Notes: a model not told the origin generated them from the letters alone. DNA of 64,000 nucleotides from Bacteroidota bacterium (GCA_023413895.1 JAEZOU010000003.1:62254-126253); one strand, 5' to 3'; counted from the stretch's first letter, positions 19,577 through 29,588 are shown. Numbers and translations are program-made.

Positions 19577-21292
19577 TTATCTTAAATTTGCAAGAAGATC
19601 GTTCTTCAACTCTGGAGTAAAACGAATAATTGACGTTTTATTCTTTAGAATTTCAGCCATTCCCCAATGGATCATCAACTTACAAGAGTGCAAATAAGTA
19701 TTATTCCGATTTGCATCTAACAATAGGAGTGTACACATAATTAAGATAGCAGATGATTCCACTAACTTTCTAGCATTCAAGTCGAAGGAAGTTGGCTTAT
19801 CGGAGAATTGTTCTGCGGTAGCGCACATCTCCGCATAATATTGTTTCATTACAAGCATTTGTTCACGCAGTTCTTGCAATTCAGCAGAGATTGATTTTGA
19901 GAGATAGTTTTCTACTTTTTGCAAGAAGAATCCATTTGTTACACCTCGAATTGCTGCGACCACTTGTAATTGAGAAGTTCCTTCATAGATTGACAAAATA
20001 CGGGCATCACGATACAATCGTTCGCAAGCGTACTCTTTCATATAACCGGAACCACCATGAACTTGAATAGAATCGTAAGCAATTTGATTTGCATACTCAC
20101 TTGAGATTAACTTCAGCAGAGGCGTATAGAAATCTGCACTTTTTTGATTCTCTTTCAATTCAGTTTTCTCCTCAGCAGTTAGCGGACGTTCTTTAGCGAT
20201 AGCTTCCAGAGCCTTATAGTGATCCACGAATCGAGTTGTTTCGTACAATAGTGTACGGATTGCGTCAGTTTTAGCACGCATAAGAGCAAGCAATTCATAA
20301 ACTTGTGGAAAACTTAGGATCGAATTTCCAAATTGTTTTCGTTGTTTAGCGTAGCACAATGCTTCTTGATAAGCAGCTTCGGCCAATCCAACAGATTGAG
20401 CGCCAACGCCGAGACGAGCACCATTCATCAGCGACATCACATATTTTATCAATCCGAATCTTCTATTTCCCACTAATTGAGCGGGGGCATTATCGAATAC
20501 GATTTCTGCGGTTGGAGAACCTTTAATTCCCAATTTATTTTCTATTCTTCTAATTTTTACTGCATTACTTTTTCTATCATAAAGAAAACAAGAGAGGCCA
20601 CGTGCATCATCTGTTCCCTCTTCAGAGCGTGCCAAAACCAATTTTATATCGGCATCACCATTGGTTATAAAACGTTTAACACCATTCAATCGCCAGCAAT
20701 TGGCTTCTTCATCGAACGTTGCCTTTAGGCGTACGGATTGCAAATCAGAACCTGCATCTGGTTCTGTAAGATCCATTGAGCAAGTAGCACCGGCGTGGAT
20801 TCTAGGTAAGAATTGTTCTTTTTGTTCTTCAGAGCCAAATTCACAGATTGTTGAAGCGCAATCTTGCAATCCCCAAATATTGGCAAAACTAGCATCGGCA
20901 CGAGAAATAATCTCGGCTGCCATTACATAAGGAAGATACGGGAAATTCAACCCGTTATACTTACGAGGTAGCGCCATACCATAGAGTCCAGCATCGCGCA
21001 ACGCATTATGATTTTGCGAAGTTCCTGAAGCATAAAGAATTTCATTATTCACCACCTTTGGACCTTCAGCATCAACGCCTTCTGCATTTGGAGCTATCAA
21101 ATCTGCGGCGATCTCACCTACAATTTCCAAAACTAACTTATAGTTTTCCATTGCTTCTTCATAACTTGCAGGAGCTTCTACATAAGATTTAGCATCCAAA
21201 AAATTTCGTTCCTTCAAATTTACGATTCGTTCCATATCATCATTTTGAAGATGGAACAATAGATTTTTATTATCTGAGAAAAAATTAGCCAT
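19577..21292 (-). CDS. acyl-CoA dehydrogenase (long, ~570-aa form)
   Basis: 571 aa. ACAD motifs are present (CSMDLTEPDAGSD, RFITNGD, QVHGGSGYMKEYACERLYRDARILSIYEGTSQ). It lies directly downstream of etfA. Confidence 0.85.
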   Translation of the reverse strand: MANFFSDNKNLLFHLQNDDMERIVNLKERNFLDAKSYVEAPASYEEAMENYKLVLEIVGEIAADLIAPNAEGVDAEGPKVVNNEILYASGTSQNHNALRDAGLYGMALPRKYNGLNFPYLPYVMAAEIISRADASFANIWGLQDCASTICEFGSEEQKEQFLPRIHAGATCSMDLTEPDAGSDLQSVRLKATFDEEANCWRLNGVKRFITNGDADIKLVLARSEEGTDDARGLSCFLYDRKSNAVKIRRIENKLGIKGSPTAEIVFDNAPAQLVGNRRFGLIKYVMSLMNGARLGVGAQSVGLAEAAYQEALCYAKQRKQFGNSILSFPQVYELLALMRAKTDAIRTLLYETTRFVDHYKALEAIAKERPLTAEEKTELKENQKSADFYTPLLKLISSEYANQIAYDSIQVHGGSGYMKEYACERLYRDARILSIYEGTSQLQVVAAIRGVTNGFFLQKVENYLSKSISAELQELREQMLVMKQYYAEMCATAEQFSDKPTSFDLNARKLVESSAILIMCTLLLLDANRNNTYLHSCKLMIHWGMAEILKNKTSIIRFTPELKNDLLANLR

Positions 21293-21307
21293 ATCAATAA
21301 ATTTAAA

Positions 21308-22330
21308 TTATTTCTGACAAGCAGAATAACACTTTATCAACTTTTCCAACACTGACGTTACATCACCCACAATTACATAATCAGCCATTGTATTAATGGG
21401 TGCTAATGGATCGGTATTGATAGAGATAATTTTGGCTGATTCAGCCATTCCTGCGCAATGTTGCACAGCACCTGAGATACCGCATGCCACATACAACTTC
21501 GGGCGTACTGTCACCCCCGTTTGGCCGATTTGGCGTTGTGGTTCGGTAAAGCCTGCATCAACGGCAGCACGCGTTGCACCCACCTCACCGCCAATCAATG
21601 AAGCATATTTGTGCAACAACGAGAAATTCTCTTTTGAACCAACTCCATAGCCACCGGCAACAATAATTTGTGCATTCTTAATATTGATGGAGTGAGCTTC
21701 TACCTCTCGGGTTATAATTTCCACAGCAAGATCTTCATCATTCAGAAATAATTGAGGGTTAATTTTTTCCACAACACCTTTATATTCTGTGTTATAAACC
21801 TCTTTTTTCATTACACCTTCTCGTACGGTTGCCATTTGTGGGCGTGTTTCAGGATTCACAATAGTAGCAACAATATTTCCACCGAAAGCAGGACGAATTT
21901 GGTATAAAAGTTGAGAATATTCTTTCCCTTTTTTAGCATCCGTATAACTTCCCACCTCCAAATTTGTACAATCAGCAGTCAATCCGCAGGAGAGACGTGA
22001 GGCCACGCGTGGAGCGAGGTCTCGGCCGATATGAGTTGCTCCCAAGAGCAAAATTTGAGGATTATATTGTTTCACGACATTCACTAAAATTGAAAAATGG
22101 GGCAAAGTTCTGTAAGGAAACAGATGATTAGAATTTGCCAAAATCACTCTATCGACGCCATATTGAAACAACTGATTTTCAGCACCATTTAAATCATCAC
22201 AAAGCACTAAAGCATCAACTTGCACCTTTAACTCATCTGCTAATTTTCGAGCTTTTGAACATAACTCCAAGCTCACTTCAGCAAACTCACGATTATCATT
22301 AACTTCGCAATAAACTAAAATATTATTCAT
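21308..22330 (-). CDS. etfA: electron transfer flavoprotein subunit alpha
   Basis: 340 aa with the FAD-binding C-terminal pattern IGQTGVTVRPKLYVACGISGAVQHCAGM. Confidence 0.9.
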   Translation of the reverse strand: MNNILVYCEVNDNREFAEVSLELCSKARKLADELKVQVDALVLCDDLNGAENQLFQYGVDRVILANSNHLFPYRTLPHFSILVNVVKQYNPQILLLGATHIGRDLAPRVASRLSCGLTADCTNLEVGSYTDAKKGKEYSQLLYQIRPAFGGNIVATIVNPETRPQMATVREGVMKKEVYNTEYKGVVEKINPQLFLNDEDLAVEIITREVEAHSINIKNAQIIVAGGYGVGSKENFSLLHKYASLIGGEVGATRAAVDAGFTEPQRQIGQTGVTVRPKLYVACGISGAVQHCAGMAESAKIISINTDPLAPINTMADYVIVGDVTSVLEKLIKCYSACQK

Positions 22331-22338
22331 AAAACTGA

Positions 22339-23202
22339 TTAACTTAAAATGTGTGTATCCATCAAATCCTTAGTTAACGTCATCAAATCCTCGTCAGAAT
22401 TTGACAACACTTGAGATTCCTTTTGAGCGAGCACCATACTTTCAATATTCTTCACTTTAGTTGGCGAACCTTGCAAACCCAAACGTTGCGGATTTGCGTT
22501 AATATCTTCTGCATTCCACTCTATTATTTGAAGATAATCTTTTGATTTAAAAATAGTTGAAACATTATCGAACTTACCTTCATGAAGTGATGTTGCATAC
22601 TTATATTTCATTACTCTAAGAGCATTTCTAAAACGGCAAGATTTTGCAGAACTTTGCACAGTAATTAGAGCAGGAAGAGTAGTTTTTACCACCTCAATAC
22701 CATTTTCGAGTCTGCGTTTTACAACGATTGCATTTGGAGTAACTTCCAGGGCCTCTTCGGCATAAGTAATTTGAGGGATATTCAGTTTTTCAGCCACTTG
22801 TGGCCCTACTTGTGCGGTATCACCATCAATAGCTTGGCGGCCACACAACACCAAATCTACGGCACCCAACTTTTTGATAGCCATAGATAAGGCATAAGAA
22901 GTTGCCAATGTATCGGAGCCTGCAAAACGGCTATCACTAATAACGGTACCCGAATCGGCACCTCTAAATATTGCTTCACGGACAATTTCAGCTGCGCGAG
23001 GCGGTCCCATTGTCAAGACATGCACTTCAGCATTACAGAGATCTTTGATCGATAGTGCCATTTCGAGCGCATTTAAATCTTCGGGATTAAAAACAGCGGC
23101 GAGTGCACCACGATTTATCGTACCATCGGTACGCATAGCCTCCTTACCCACATTTCGGGTATCGGGCACCTGTTTCGCCAATACTACAATTTTCAAACTC
23201 AT
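22339..23202 (-). CDS. etfB: electron transfer flavoprotein subunit beta
   Basis: The start is taken at the second Met (MSLKIVVLAKQVPD), the typical EtfB N-terminus. The listed start at 23223 adds 7 aa. Confidence 0.85.
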   Translation of the reverse strand: MSLKIVVLAKQVPDTRNVGKEAMRTDGTINRGALAAVFNPEDLNALEMALSIKDLCNAEVHVLTMGPPRAAEIVREAIFRGADSGTVISDSRFAGSDTLATSYALSMAIKKLGAVDLVLCGRQAIDGDTAQVGPQVAEKLNIPQITYAEEALEVTPNAIVVKRRLENGIEVVKTTLPALITVQSSAKSCRFRNALRVMKYKYATSLHEGKFDNVSTIFKSKDYLQIIEWNAEDINANPQRLGLQGSPTKVKNIESMVLAQKESQVLSNSDEDLMTLTKDLMDTHILS

Positions 23203-23266
23203 AATAAAAAATTTTGGCTGCAAAACAAATAAAAAAAGGCGATAACAAATCGGAGGATAACAATAT

Positions 23267-23341
23267 TGCAGGTAAAAGGGGGTAATATTCCGTTAAAACG
23301 CAGAATTTGGGGTGTATTTTGGAATAATGTGGTGAATTAAG
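23267..23341 (+). promoter_or_regulatory. second cluster of the GKGGTRAAWT motif, upstream of etfB-etfA-acd
   Basis: GGTAAAA (23271), GGGGGGTAATATT (GGT at 23281), TTGGGGTGTATTTT (23311) and ATGTGGTGAATTAA (23331). The spacings are 10, 30 and 20 nt. Strand orientation is the same as in the fabH-proximal array. Confidence 0.45.
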
Positions 23342-23425
23342 GGCCCAAAGGAGCGTAAAAAGGATAGTATTGGATCGAAAGATGAGTAAAATTTTGCAGA
23401 AAAAAAATAGGAAACGGGGCAAAAT

Positions 23426-23589
23426 GCGTGAGGGATGGAAGCGGTTATGAGCGCCGAATTTAGAACTTAGATCTTAGCATTAGAGTTAGGGAATGGTGAA
23501 GAATTGAAGCGAGAGACAGCGGCGCGAAATTTGAGCGGACAGCCCGACGGCGCGGGCTGGAATTTGTGCGTAGGATAGCCGGCACGCCC
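23426..23589 (+). repeat. GC-rich interspersed intergenic repeat, copy 2
   Basis: GCGTGAGGGATGGAAGCGGTTATGAGCGCCGA ... GGCGCGAAATTTGAGCGGACAGCCCGACGGCG ... GTGCGTAGGATAGCCGGCACGCCC. It lies between the divergent etfB and rpe promoters. Confidence 0.85.
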
Positions 23590-23659
23590 AAATAAAACTG
23601 AAGATTCAAAAGGCAAATTAAAACACCGATTTTGATAGAGAAAAAATCAAAAAAAATTA

Positions 23660-23667
23660 TACTTTTG
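23660..23667 (+). promoter_or_regulatory. -7 promoter box for rpe
   Basis: TACTTTTG lies 20 nt upstream of the ATG at 23687. Confidence 0.5.
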
Positions 23668-23686
23668 CACGCTTAAAAATAAACAG

Positions 23687-24358
23687 ATGAGTAATATTAT
23701 TTCGCCCTCACTTTTATCCGCCGATTTCGGCAATTTATCTTCTGATATTCAAATGCTTAACGACTCAGAAGCTGATTGGTTACACCTTGATATTATGGAC
23801 GGAATTTTCGTTCCTAATATCTCATTTGGCATGCCAATTGTTCGAAAAGTAAGAGAACTTTCAGAAAAGCCGCTTGATGTTCACTTGATGATTATGCAAC
23901 CCGAACGCTATATTGAAGAGTTTAAATGCTGCGGTGCAGACCTTTTGACTATTCATTATGAAGCATGCACACACCTTCACCGAACCATTCATCAGATTAA
24001 AGATATGGATATGTTGGCGGGGGTAGCGCTTAATCCCCACACACCCGTTTCTCTTTTAGAAGACATTATTGATGACGTTGATTTAGTGTTGATTATGTCT
24101 GTAAATCCAGGTTTTGGTGGGCAGAAATTCATTGAACGCACATATCAAAAAGTTAGAGACTTAAAGGAGATGATTGAGCGCAATGGATCTGAAACCTTGA
24201 TTGAAGTTGATGGTGGGGTAAACCTTGACAATGCTCCTTTGTTGCGCGAAGCTGGTGTTGACGCCTTTGTTGCAGGCAATACTGTTTTCAAAGCCGCCAA
24301 TCCTATCGAAACTATTTCATTACTCAAAGACTCTGATAAATCTGAAGAAACAGAATGA
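23687..24358 (+). CDS. rpe: ribulose-phosphate 3-epimerase
   Basis: 223 aa with LHLDIMDGIFVPNISFG, MSVNPGFGGQKF and EVDGGVN. Confidence 0.9.
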   Translation: MSNIISPSLLSADFGNLSSDIQMLNDSEADWLHLDIMDGIFVPNISFGMPIVRKVRELSEKPLDVHLMIMQPERYIEEFKCCGADLLTIHYEACTHLHRTIHQIKDMDMLAGVALNPHTPVSLLEDIIDDVDLVLIMSVNPGFGGQKFIERTYQKVRDLKEMIERNGSETLIEVDGGVNLDNAPLLREAGVDAFVAGNTVFKAANPIETISLLKDSDKSEETE

Positions 24359-25923
24359 AAGCTTGGAAAGTATTCCTCTTTATTGTCTCAGTCATAGGCT
24401 TACTAACTATCATCTCATTGCTTATTCCTGCGGAAGAATGGAAGGTTGGTAAGTTAACCTTAAAATTTCCGAAACCTGAATCGATTTTGGTTCGAGAAGA
24501 GGAAGAATATATTGACCCAGAAGAGATTATAAAAGCTTTAGAATTAGAAGCCCGCATCATAGATTCTACATATAAGAGTTTGGAGGACACAGTAGCGTAC
24601 TATAAGAAAGCGATGGCAATGCCGACCAAATTCTGCTTTCCGAATAACGATTACACCTATTACGACCATTTCTTTGCTGCATTAGAAAGTGCACGTAGTC
24701 AAGGACGCACGATTCGAATTATGCACTACGGAGACTCTCAAATCGAGCTTGACCGCATCTCATCCAATATTCGAGAGTACTTTCAATCACATTTTGGGGG
24801 TGGTGGGCCAGGACTTCTTCCACTTGTTGCCTCAGTTGGCTCGCCCACAATTTATCAATCATACTCAGGGAACAGCACACAATATGCACTTTACGGAGAT
24901 GGTTCGAGAAATTCGGATCGCAACTATGGCGTAATGGCCAAATCTTTTAGAATTTATGGCAATAATAGTTTTTATGTTTCATCTCCGAAAAAAGTAAAAT
25001 CGGTAAGGCAAAAAAGTTACAATAAGATCCAGCTTTTCTGTACACCTCGCAAAGGAAATTTCAAAGCAACTTTAATTAGCAAGGCCCATGGGGTGCGGCT
25101 TGAGCAACAGGCTGATAGCAATGGAACACAACTACTTACATGGAATTTAGACACAGCTATCAGTAATTTTACGCTTCAACTTTCGGGCGAAGCCGACATT
25201 TACGGCATTGCTGTTGACAATGGTTATGGGGTTGCTGTTGACAATATGCCGATGCGTGGAGCCAGCGGGACATTCTTTTCTCAAATGAGTGATTCACTTC
25301 TATCACACTATTTTGAAATAATAGATGTTGGAATGATTATTATGCAATTTGGTGGAAACAGCGTTCCCTCGTTACATAGTGAAAAAAGTGTTGACAAATA
25401 CGTAGAAAGCATTGGAAGACAGATTCGCTTTATGCGAAGAGTACGTCCAGGCGTTCCCATTCTGTTCATTGGGCCATCAGATATGAGCACACGCATTAAT
25501 GGAGTAATGAGCACTTACAAATGGCTTCCGCTTTTGGTCGAAAAACTTAAGGCGACGGTCGTTGAAAATGGCGCTGCATTTTGGGATTTGTACAATGTAA
25601 TGGGCGGTAAAGGCTCTATGATTTCTTGGGTAAAAAAAGGTTGGGCAGGTAAAGACTACATCCACTTTTCAACTCAAGGAGCTCAACAAGTGGGCGAGGT
25701 TCTGACTCAATCATTTCAATCGATGTATGAATTTTATAAACTTCGCAAGACCAATCCTGAGATAGATTTTAATGTGATTTGGTCTAAAATTCCTCAAGTT
25801 CAGCAACAAGATTCGCTCAACAATAGTTCCAAAGATATAATTCATACACAACATTATACAGGGAAAAACAGCAAGAAATCAACTCCACAAATTGTAACTT
25901 CTGACACTAATCAAAAACTATGA
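24355..25923 (+). CDS. SGNH/GDSL-type hydrolase or O-acyltransferase-like protein, N-terminal membrane anchor
   Basis: 522 aa. Block I HYGDSQ, block III FGGNS, block V DYIHFS. ATGA overlap with rpe. Confidence 0.6.
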   Translation: MKAWKVFLFIVSVIGLLTIISLLIPAEEWKVGKLTLKFPKPESILVREEEEYIDPEEIIKALELEARIIDSTYKSLEDTVAYYKKAMAMPTKFCFPNNDYTYYDHFFAALESARSQGRTIRIMHYGDSQIELDRISSNIREYFQSHFGGGGPGLLPLVASVGSPTIYQSYSGNSTQYALYGDGSRNSDRNYGVMAKSFRIYGNNSFYVSSPKKVKSVRQKSYNKIQLFCTPRKGNFKATLISKAHGVRLEQQADSNGTQLLTWNLDTAISNFTLQLSGEADIYGIAVDNGYGVAVDNMPMRGASGTFFSQMSDSLLSHYFEIIDVGMIIMQFGGNSVPSLHSEKSVDKYVESIGRQIRFMRRVRPGVPILFIGPSDMSTRINGVMSTYKWLPLLVEKLKATVVENGAAFWDLYNVMGGKGSMISWVKKGWAGKDYIHFSTQGAQQVGEVLTQSFQSMYEFYKLRKTNPEIDFNVIWSKIPQVQQQDSLNNSSKDIIHTQHYTGKNSKKSTPQIVTSDTNQKL

Positions 25924-27182
25924 AAAAGCTACTTTTTAGCATACTTATTATATTGGGAACACTCTCAATAGTAGCCCAAGAGGTGCAATATGTAGCTCTT
26001 GACACTTTTCCTTTCATCAAGTATGAAGCAGACACACTTGTCTTCGACAAAGACACCTCTCTTTTGGGTAATTTTTTCAAAAAGATGGAGAAGTTGATTG
26101 AAAATAATGAAGGAGAAATCAATATTATACAAATCGGAGGATCACATATTCAGGCGGGTACCATGTCACATACCATCCGTCGTAATCTACTACTCGCCTA
26201 CCCTACTTTAATTTCCAATCGTGGATTTGTATTTCCTTACTCCGTTGCTCCCAAATGTAACAATCCTATCGACTACCGAGTGCGCAAAAACGGAGAGTTT
26301 TCATTGGTAAGAAACGTTTATAAAGACCATAACAAACCACTAAACACCAGTGGTATAGCTGTATATACATCAGATACATTTCCAGAAATCACTATTCAAT
26401 TCAAAGATTCTATTCTTAAATTTCAAACTAAGAAACTCACTTTAGTAGGACATTCACAACCCAGCTACGTTGTACCTACAATTTGGGTAGATAGTTTAGA
26501 ATATTTTCCAACATCAATTGACACTATTTTAGGTCGTTACGTATATGATGTTGAATTTGGAGATAGTTTCACACTTCATCCCAACTGTAATGGCGACTCG
26601 CTGCAAGAGTTCACCCTGAACAGTCTCATTTTAGAAAATAGGAAACCAGGAATAACATTTCACTCGATAGGTGTTAATGGAGCGAGCGTTCCTGCCTATC
26701 TTCGTTGCGAAAACTTTGCACGTGATTTAGATCTTTTTCGTCCAGACTTAGTTATTTTCGGCATTGGAATTAATGATGCTTTCGATGCAGACTTCAATGC
26801 AGAAACTTTTGAGCAAAACTACATTCAGTTAATTCAAAAAATTCAAACCTATAATCCAGATTGTGCCTTTATCTTCTTTACGAACAACGACTCTTACAAA
26901 AAAGTTGCACGCAGAAAATATCAAGTAAACAGAAATGCTACTGAAGTTCAACGTGTTATGTACTCCTTGGCAAAGCAGACGCGCGGAGCCGTATTTGACC
27001 AATTTGAAATTATGGGCGGAATGACCTCAATGTACAAATGGTACACCAATAAGTTAGCAAAATATGACCGCGTCCATTTTACCAACGAAGGTTATGTGCT
27101 GATGGGAAATCTCTTTTACAACGCTTTCCTTCACGCTATGAAGAAGTATCAAAATAGTAATCAATCACTTAACATCGAATAA
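25920..27182 (+). CDS. SGNH/GDSL-type hydrolase-like protein, secreted
   Basis: 420 aa with a signal peptide. Block I variant IGGSH, block III GIGINDAF, block V DRVHFT. ATGA overlap with the upstream gene. Confidence 0.6.
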   Translation: MKKLLFSILIILGTLSIVAQEVQYVALDTFPFIKYEADTLVFDKDTSLLGNFFKKMEKLIENNEGEINIIQIGGSHIQAGTMSHTIRRNLLLAYPTLISNRGFVFPYSVAPKCNNPIDYRVRKNGEFSLVRNVYKDHNKPLNTSGIAVYTSDTFPEITIQFKDSILKFQTKKLTLVGHSQPSYVVPTIWVDSLEYFPTSIDTILGRYVYDVEFGDSFTLHPNCNGDSLQEFTLNSLILENRKPGITFHSIGVNGASVPAYLRCENFARDLDLFRPDLVIFGIGINDAFDADFNAETFEQNYIQLIQKIQTYNPDCAFIFFTNNDSYKKVARRKYQVNRNATEVQRVMYSLAKQTRGAVFDQFEIMGGMTSMYKWYTNKLAKYDRVHFTNEGYVLMGNLFYNAFLHAMKKYQNSNQSLNIE

Positions 27183-27197
27183 AACCCTTTAGAGGAG

Positions 27198-28916
27198 ATG
27201 AACTTAGAAAATATCAAGACATTTTTCACAACACTTCTATCATTCGATGACAAATATCCTTTGTTATTCACTCAATTTTATTTTTGGGCATTTTTCGCGA
27301 TAGTATTTGCAGGCTTTGCCGTTTTGCGTAACAAAATACTTCTTCGCAATACCTACCTCTTCTTTATCAGTTTATTCTTCTACTATAAAACCTCTGGATT
27401 ATTTGTTCTTCTTCTGATTTTCACTACGTTAGTATGCTTTATCACAGGGCGTGCCATTGATAAGTCCGCGCGAAATTTATTCCGCAAATTCTTTCTTTTT
27501 TTAGGAATCACATTAAATCTTTTTGTGCTATTCTACTTCAAATATGCATATTTTTTTACGGAAGTTTACAACTCCATAATGCATACTGAAATTCCTGTTA
27601 TCAATTATTTAGCGCAATGGACTAATGAATTTTCAGGCAAGGAGGTTTTCGATGCTAGTAAGATTCTTCTTCCGGTCGGTATCTCTTTCTATACATTCCA
27701 AAGTATTAGTTACATTATTGATGTTTATAGAAAGAAAATCACGCATATTCCTAATATTTTAAACTTTGGATTTTATGTAAGTTTCTTTCCAGGATTGGTT
27801 GCGGGACCAATTATTCGTGCAAGCCAATTTATGCCGCAACTTTACAAGAAATATTTCCTTACTAAACGTCAATTCGGCATTGCAATCTTCTGGATTCTAA
27901 ATGGTTTACTCAAAAAAATTATTATGAGTGACTATTTAGCCGTAAATTTTGTTGACCGAGTTTTTGACAATCCAGACCTATTCACTGCATTTGAAAACTT
28001 GTCGGCGCTTTTCTGCTATTCATTGCAAGTATATGCTGACTTTTCAGGTTATACCGATATTGCCATTGGAGTTGCGATGCTGATGGGCTTCTATCTCCCA
28101 CAGAACTTCAATTCGCCATACAAAGCCACCAATCCTGGGGCATTTTGGAGACGCTGGCACATCTCCCTCTCCACTTGGTTGAAAGACTATCTTTACATTC
28201 CGCTTGGCGGCAACCGTAAGGGCAAATTCCGCACGCAAGTTAACCTGATGGCCACAATGCTTTTAGGAGGTTTGTGGCACGGCGCAAGTTGGAATTTCGT
28301 GATTTGGGGCGGATTGAACGGCGTTGGAATTCTTCTATACAAATGGTGGCGAAACGTGAAGAAATTGCCTCGTACGATTAGCTCCGCGATTGTTTTCGCT
28401 GGATTTATCGCATTACAATACTACTACCCACGCCCAATTTTTATGATTGGCGTAGTCTGGTCCGGCACCTTCTTCTTCGGCATATTTATCGATTGGATCC
28501 ATCGTAACTGCTTTAAATTCAGGCCTATTCATTGGTTGGAAAGATGTTGGTGCATCTTCCAAACCTTTATCTTTATCTCTTTCACCCGACTCTTTTTCCG
28601 CTCCGGATCCAATCTTGACCCTGCGGAAGCTAATGCTACGGCATGGAACACTGCAAAAAAGATGGTAGGACAAATTGGAGGCACTTGGAATGTGGAAGCA
28701 ATTCCAGATATTATCTCTACCTACGCATCTGTTTTCATCCTCTTTGTAGTCGGAATGATTATCCACTGGCTACCGGCAAAATGGAAACAATGGTACAGAA
28801 TCCAATTCGCATACCTCCCCGTTTGGGTAATGATGCTGATTTGCGTTGCTGCAGTGTTTGTCGTTTATCAATTTGTCACTGCTGAGATGCAACCTTTCAT
28901 TTATTTCCAATTTTAG
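27198..28916 (+). CDS. MBOAT-family membrane-bound O-acyltransferase (AlgI/PatA/DltB-like)
   Basis: 572 aa polytopic protein. Contains FYTFQSISYIIDVY, WRRWHISLSTWLKDYLYIPLGGNR and the conserved His in GGLWHGASWNF. Confidence 0.85.
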   Translation: MNLENIKTFFTTLLSFDDKYPLLFTQFYFWAFFAIVFAGFAVLRNKILLRNTYLFFISLFFYYKTSGLFVLLLIFTTLVCFITGRAIDKSARNLFRKFFLFLGITLNLFVLFYFKYAYFFTEVYNSIMHTEIPVINYLAQWTNEFSGKEVFDASKILLPVGISFYTFQSISYIIDVYRKKITHIPNILNFGFYVSFFPGLVAGPIIRASQFMPQLYKKYFLTKRQFGIAIFWILNGLLKKIIMSDYLAVNFVDRVFDNPDLFTAFENLSALFCYSLQVYADFSGYTDIAIGVAMLMGFYLPQNFNSPYKATNPGAFWRRWHISLSTWLKDYLYIPLGGNRKGKFRTQVNLMATMLLGGLWHGASWNFVIWGGLNGVGILLYKWWRNVKKLPRTISSAIVFAGFIALQYYYPRPIFMIGVVWSGTFFFGIFIDWIHRNCFKFRPIHWLERCWCIFQTFIFISFTRLFFRSGSNLDPAEANATAWNTAKKMVGQIGGTWNVEAIPDIISTYASVFILFVVGMIIHWLPAKWKQWYRIQFAYLPVWVMMLICVAAVFVVYQFVTAEMQPFIYFQF

Positions 28917-29036
28917 CGAAAAAGAGTTTTTATGAAATAAGATTTGTTGATCAGTTTTATTTGTAAGTTACTTGAAATCAACGTTTTACCCCCCGAAAAA
29001 ATTTACATTCACCACTAAACATACACAAAAATAATA

Positions 29037-29044
29037 TATCTTTG
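29037..29044 (+). promoter_or_regulatory. candidate -7 box upstream of the small lipoprotein gene
   Basis: TATCTTTG lies ~130 nt upstream of the ATG at 29177. A 7-bp hairpin (TTTCCTT..AAGGAAA) sits in the putative leader. Confidence 0.35.
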
Positions 29045-29176
29045 CGCTACCGATTTCCTTCCATTAGAAAGGAAAAATACTGACCAAAATTAAGGATTTT
29101 CTATCAAGAAATTGAATACAAATTTGGATATAAAACTAAAAAAAGGTTGTGCCCGACACGTAACAAGGGAATGAAT

Positions 29177-29547
29177 ATGAAAAACTAAAATTATTACTTG
29201 TACTTTGTATTTCTGCAATTTTATTTTCTAGTTGTGCTGGATTTAATAGTACTATCTATCCTAAGGAAAGCCCTGCGCACACACAAGTTCTACTGCAGGA
29301 GAACAATTTCAGAGTTATCAAAACAGTGGAGGGAGAATGGTCTGCGACCTATATTTTAGGAATTGGCGGCTCATCGAAAGAATCACTTCTCAATAGTGCA
29401 ACATCAAATATGTACAAAAATGCACAATTAACAGGAAGCCAAACTATTATTAATATAACTAGCGTAGTGTCTAGCAAAACTATTTTGGGAATATATACAA
29501 AGAAAACTGCAATTGTATCAGGTACTATTATTGAATTTATTGAATAG
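29177..29547 (+). pseudogene. small lipoprotein gene with its start codon out of frame at an A5 run (frameshift, phase-off state or homopolymer sequencing error)
   Basis: ATG(29177)-AAAAA-CTAAAA reads MKN-stop. With one extra A it would read MKKLKLLLVLCISAILFSSCAG..., a signal peptide plus lipobox, continuous with the listed ORF ending at 29547. The long frame has no ATG/GTG/TTG between its upstream stop (29161) and the lipobox. Confidence 0.65.
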
Positions 29548-29588
29548 AACCGTTTGAATATTAACAATCGATTGCAGGTATAATAGAA

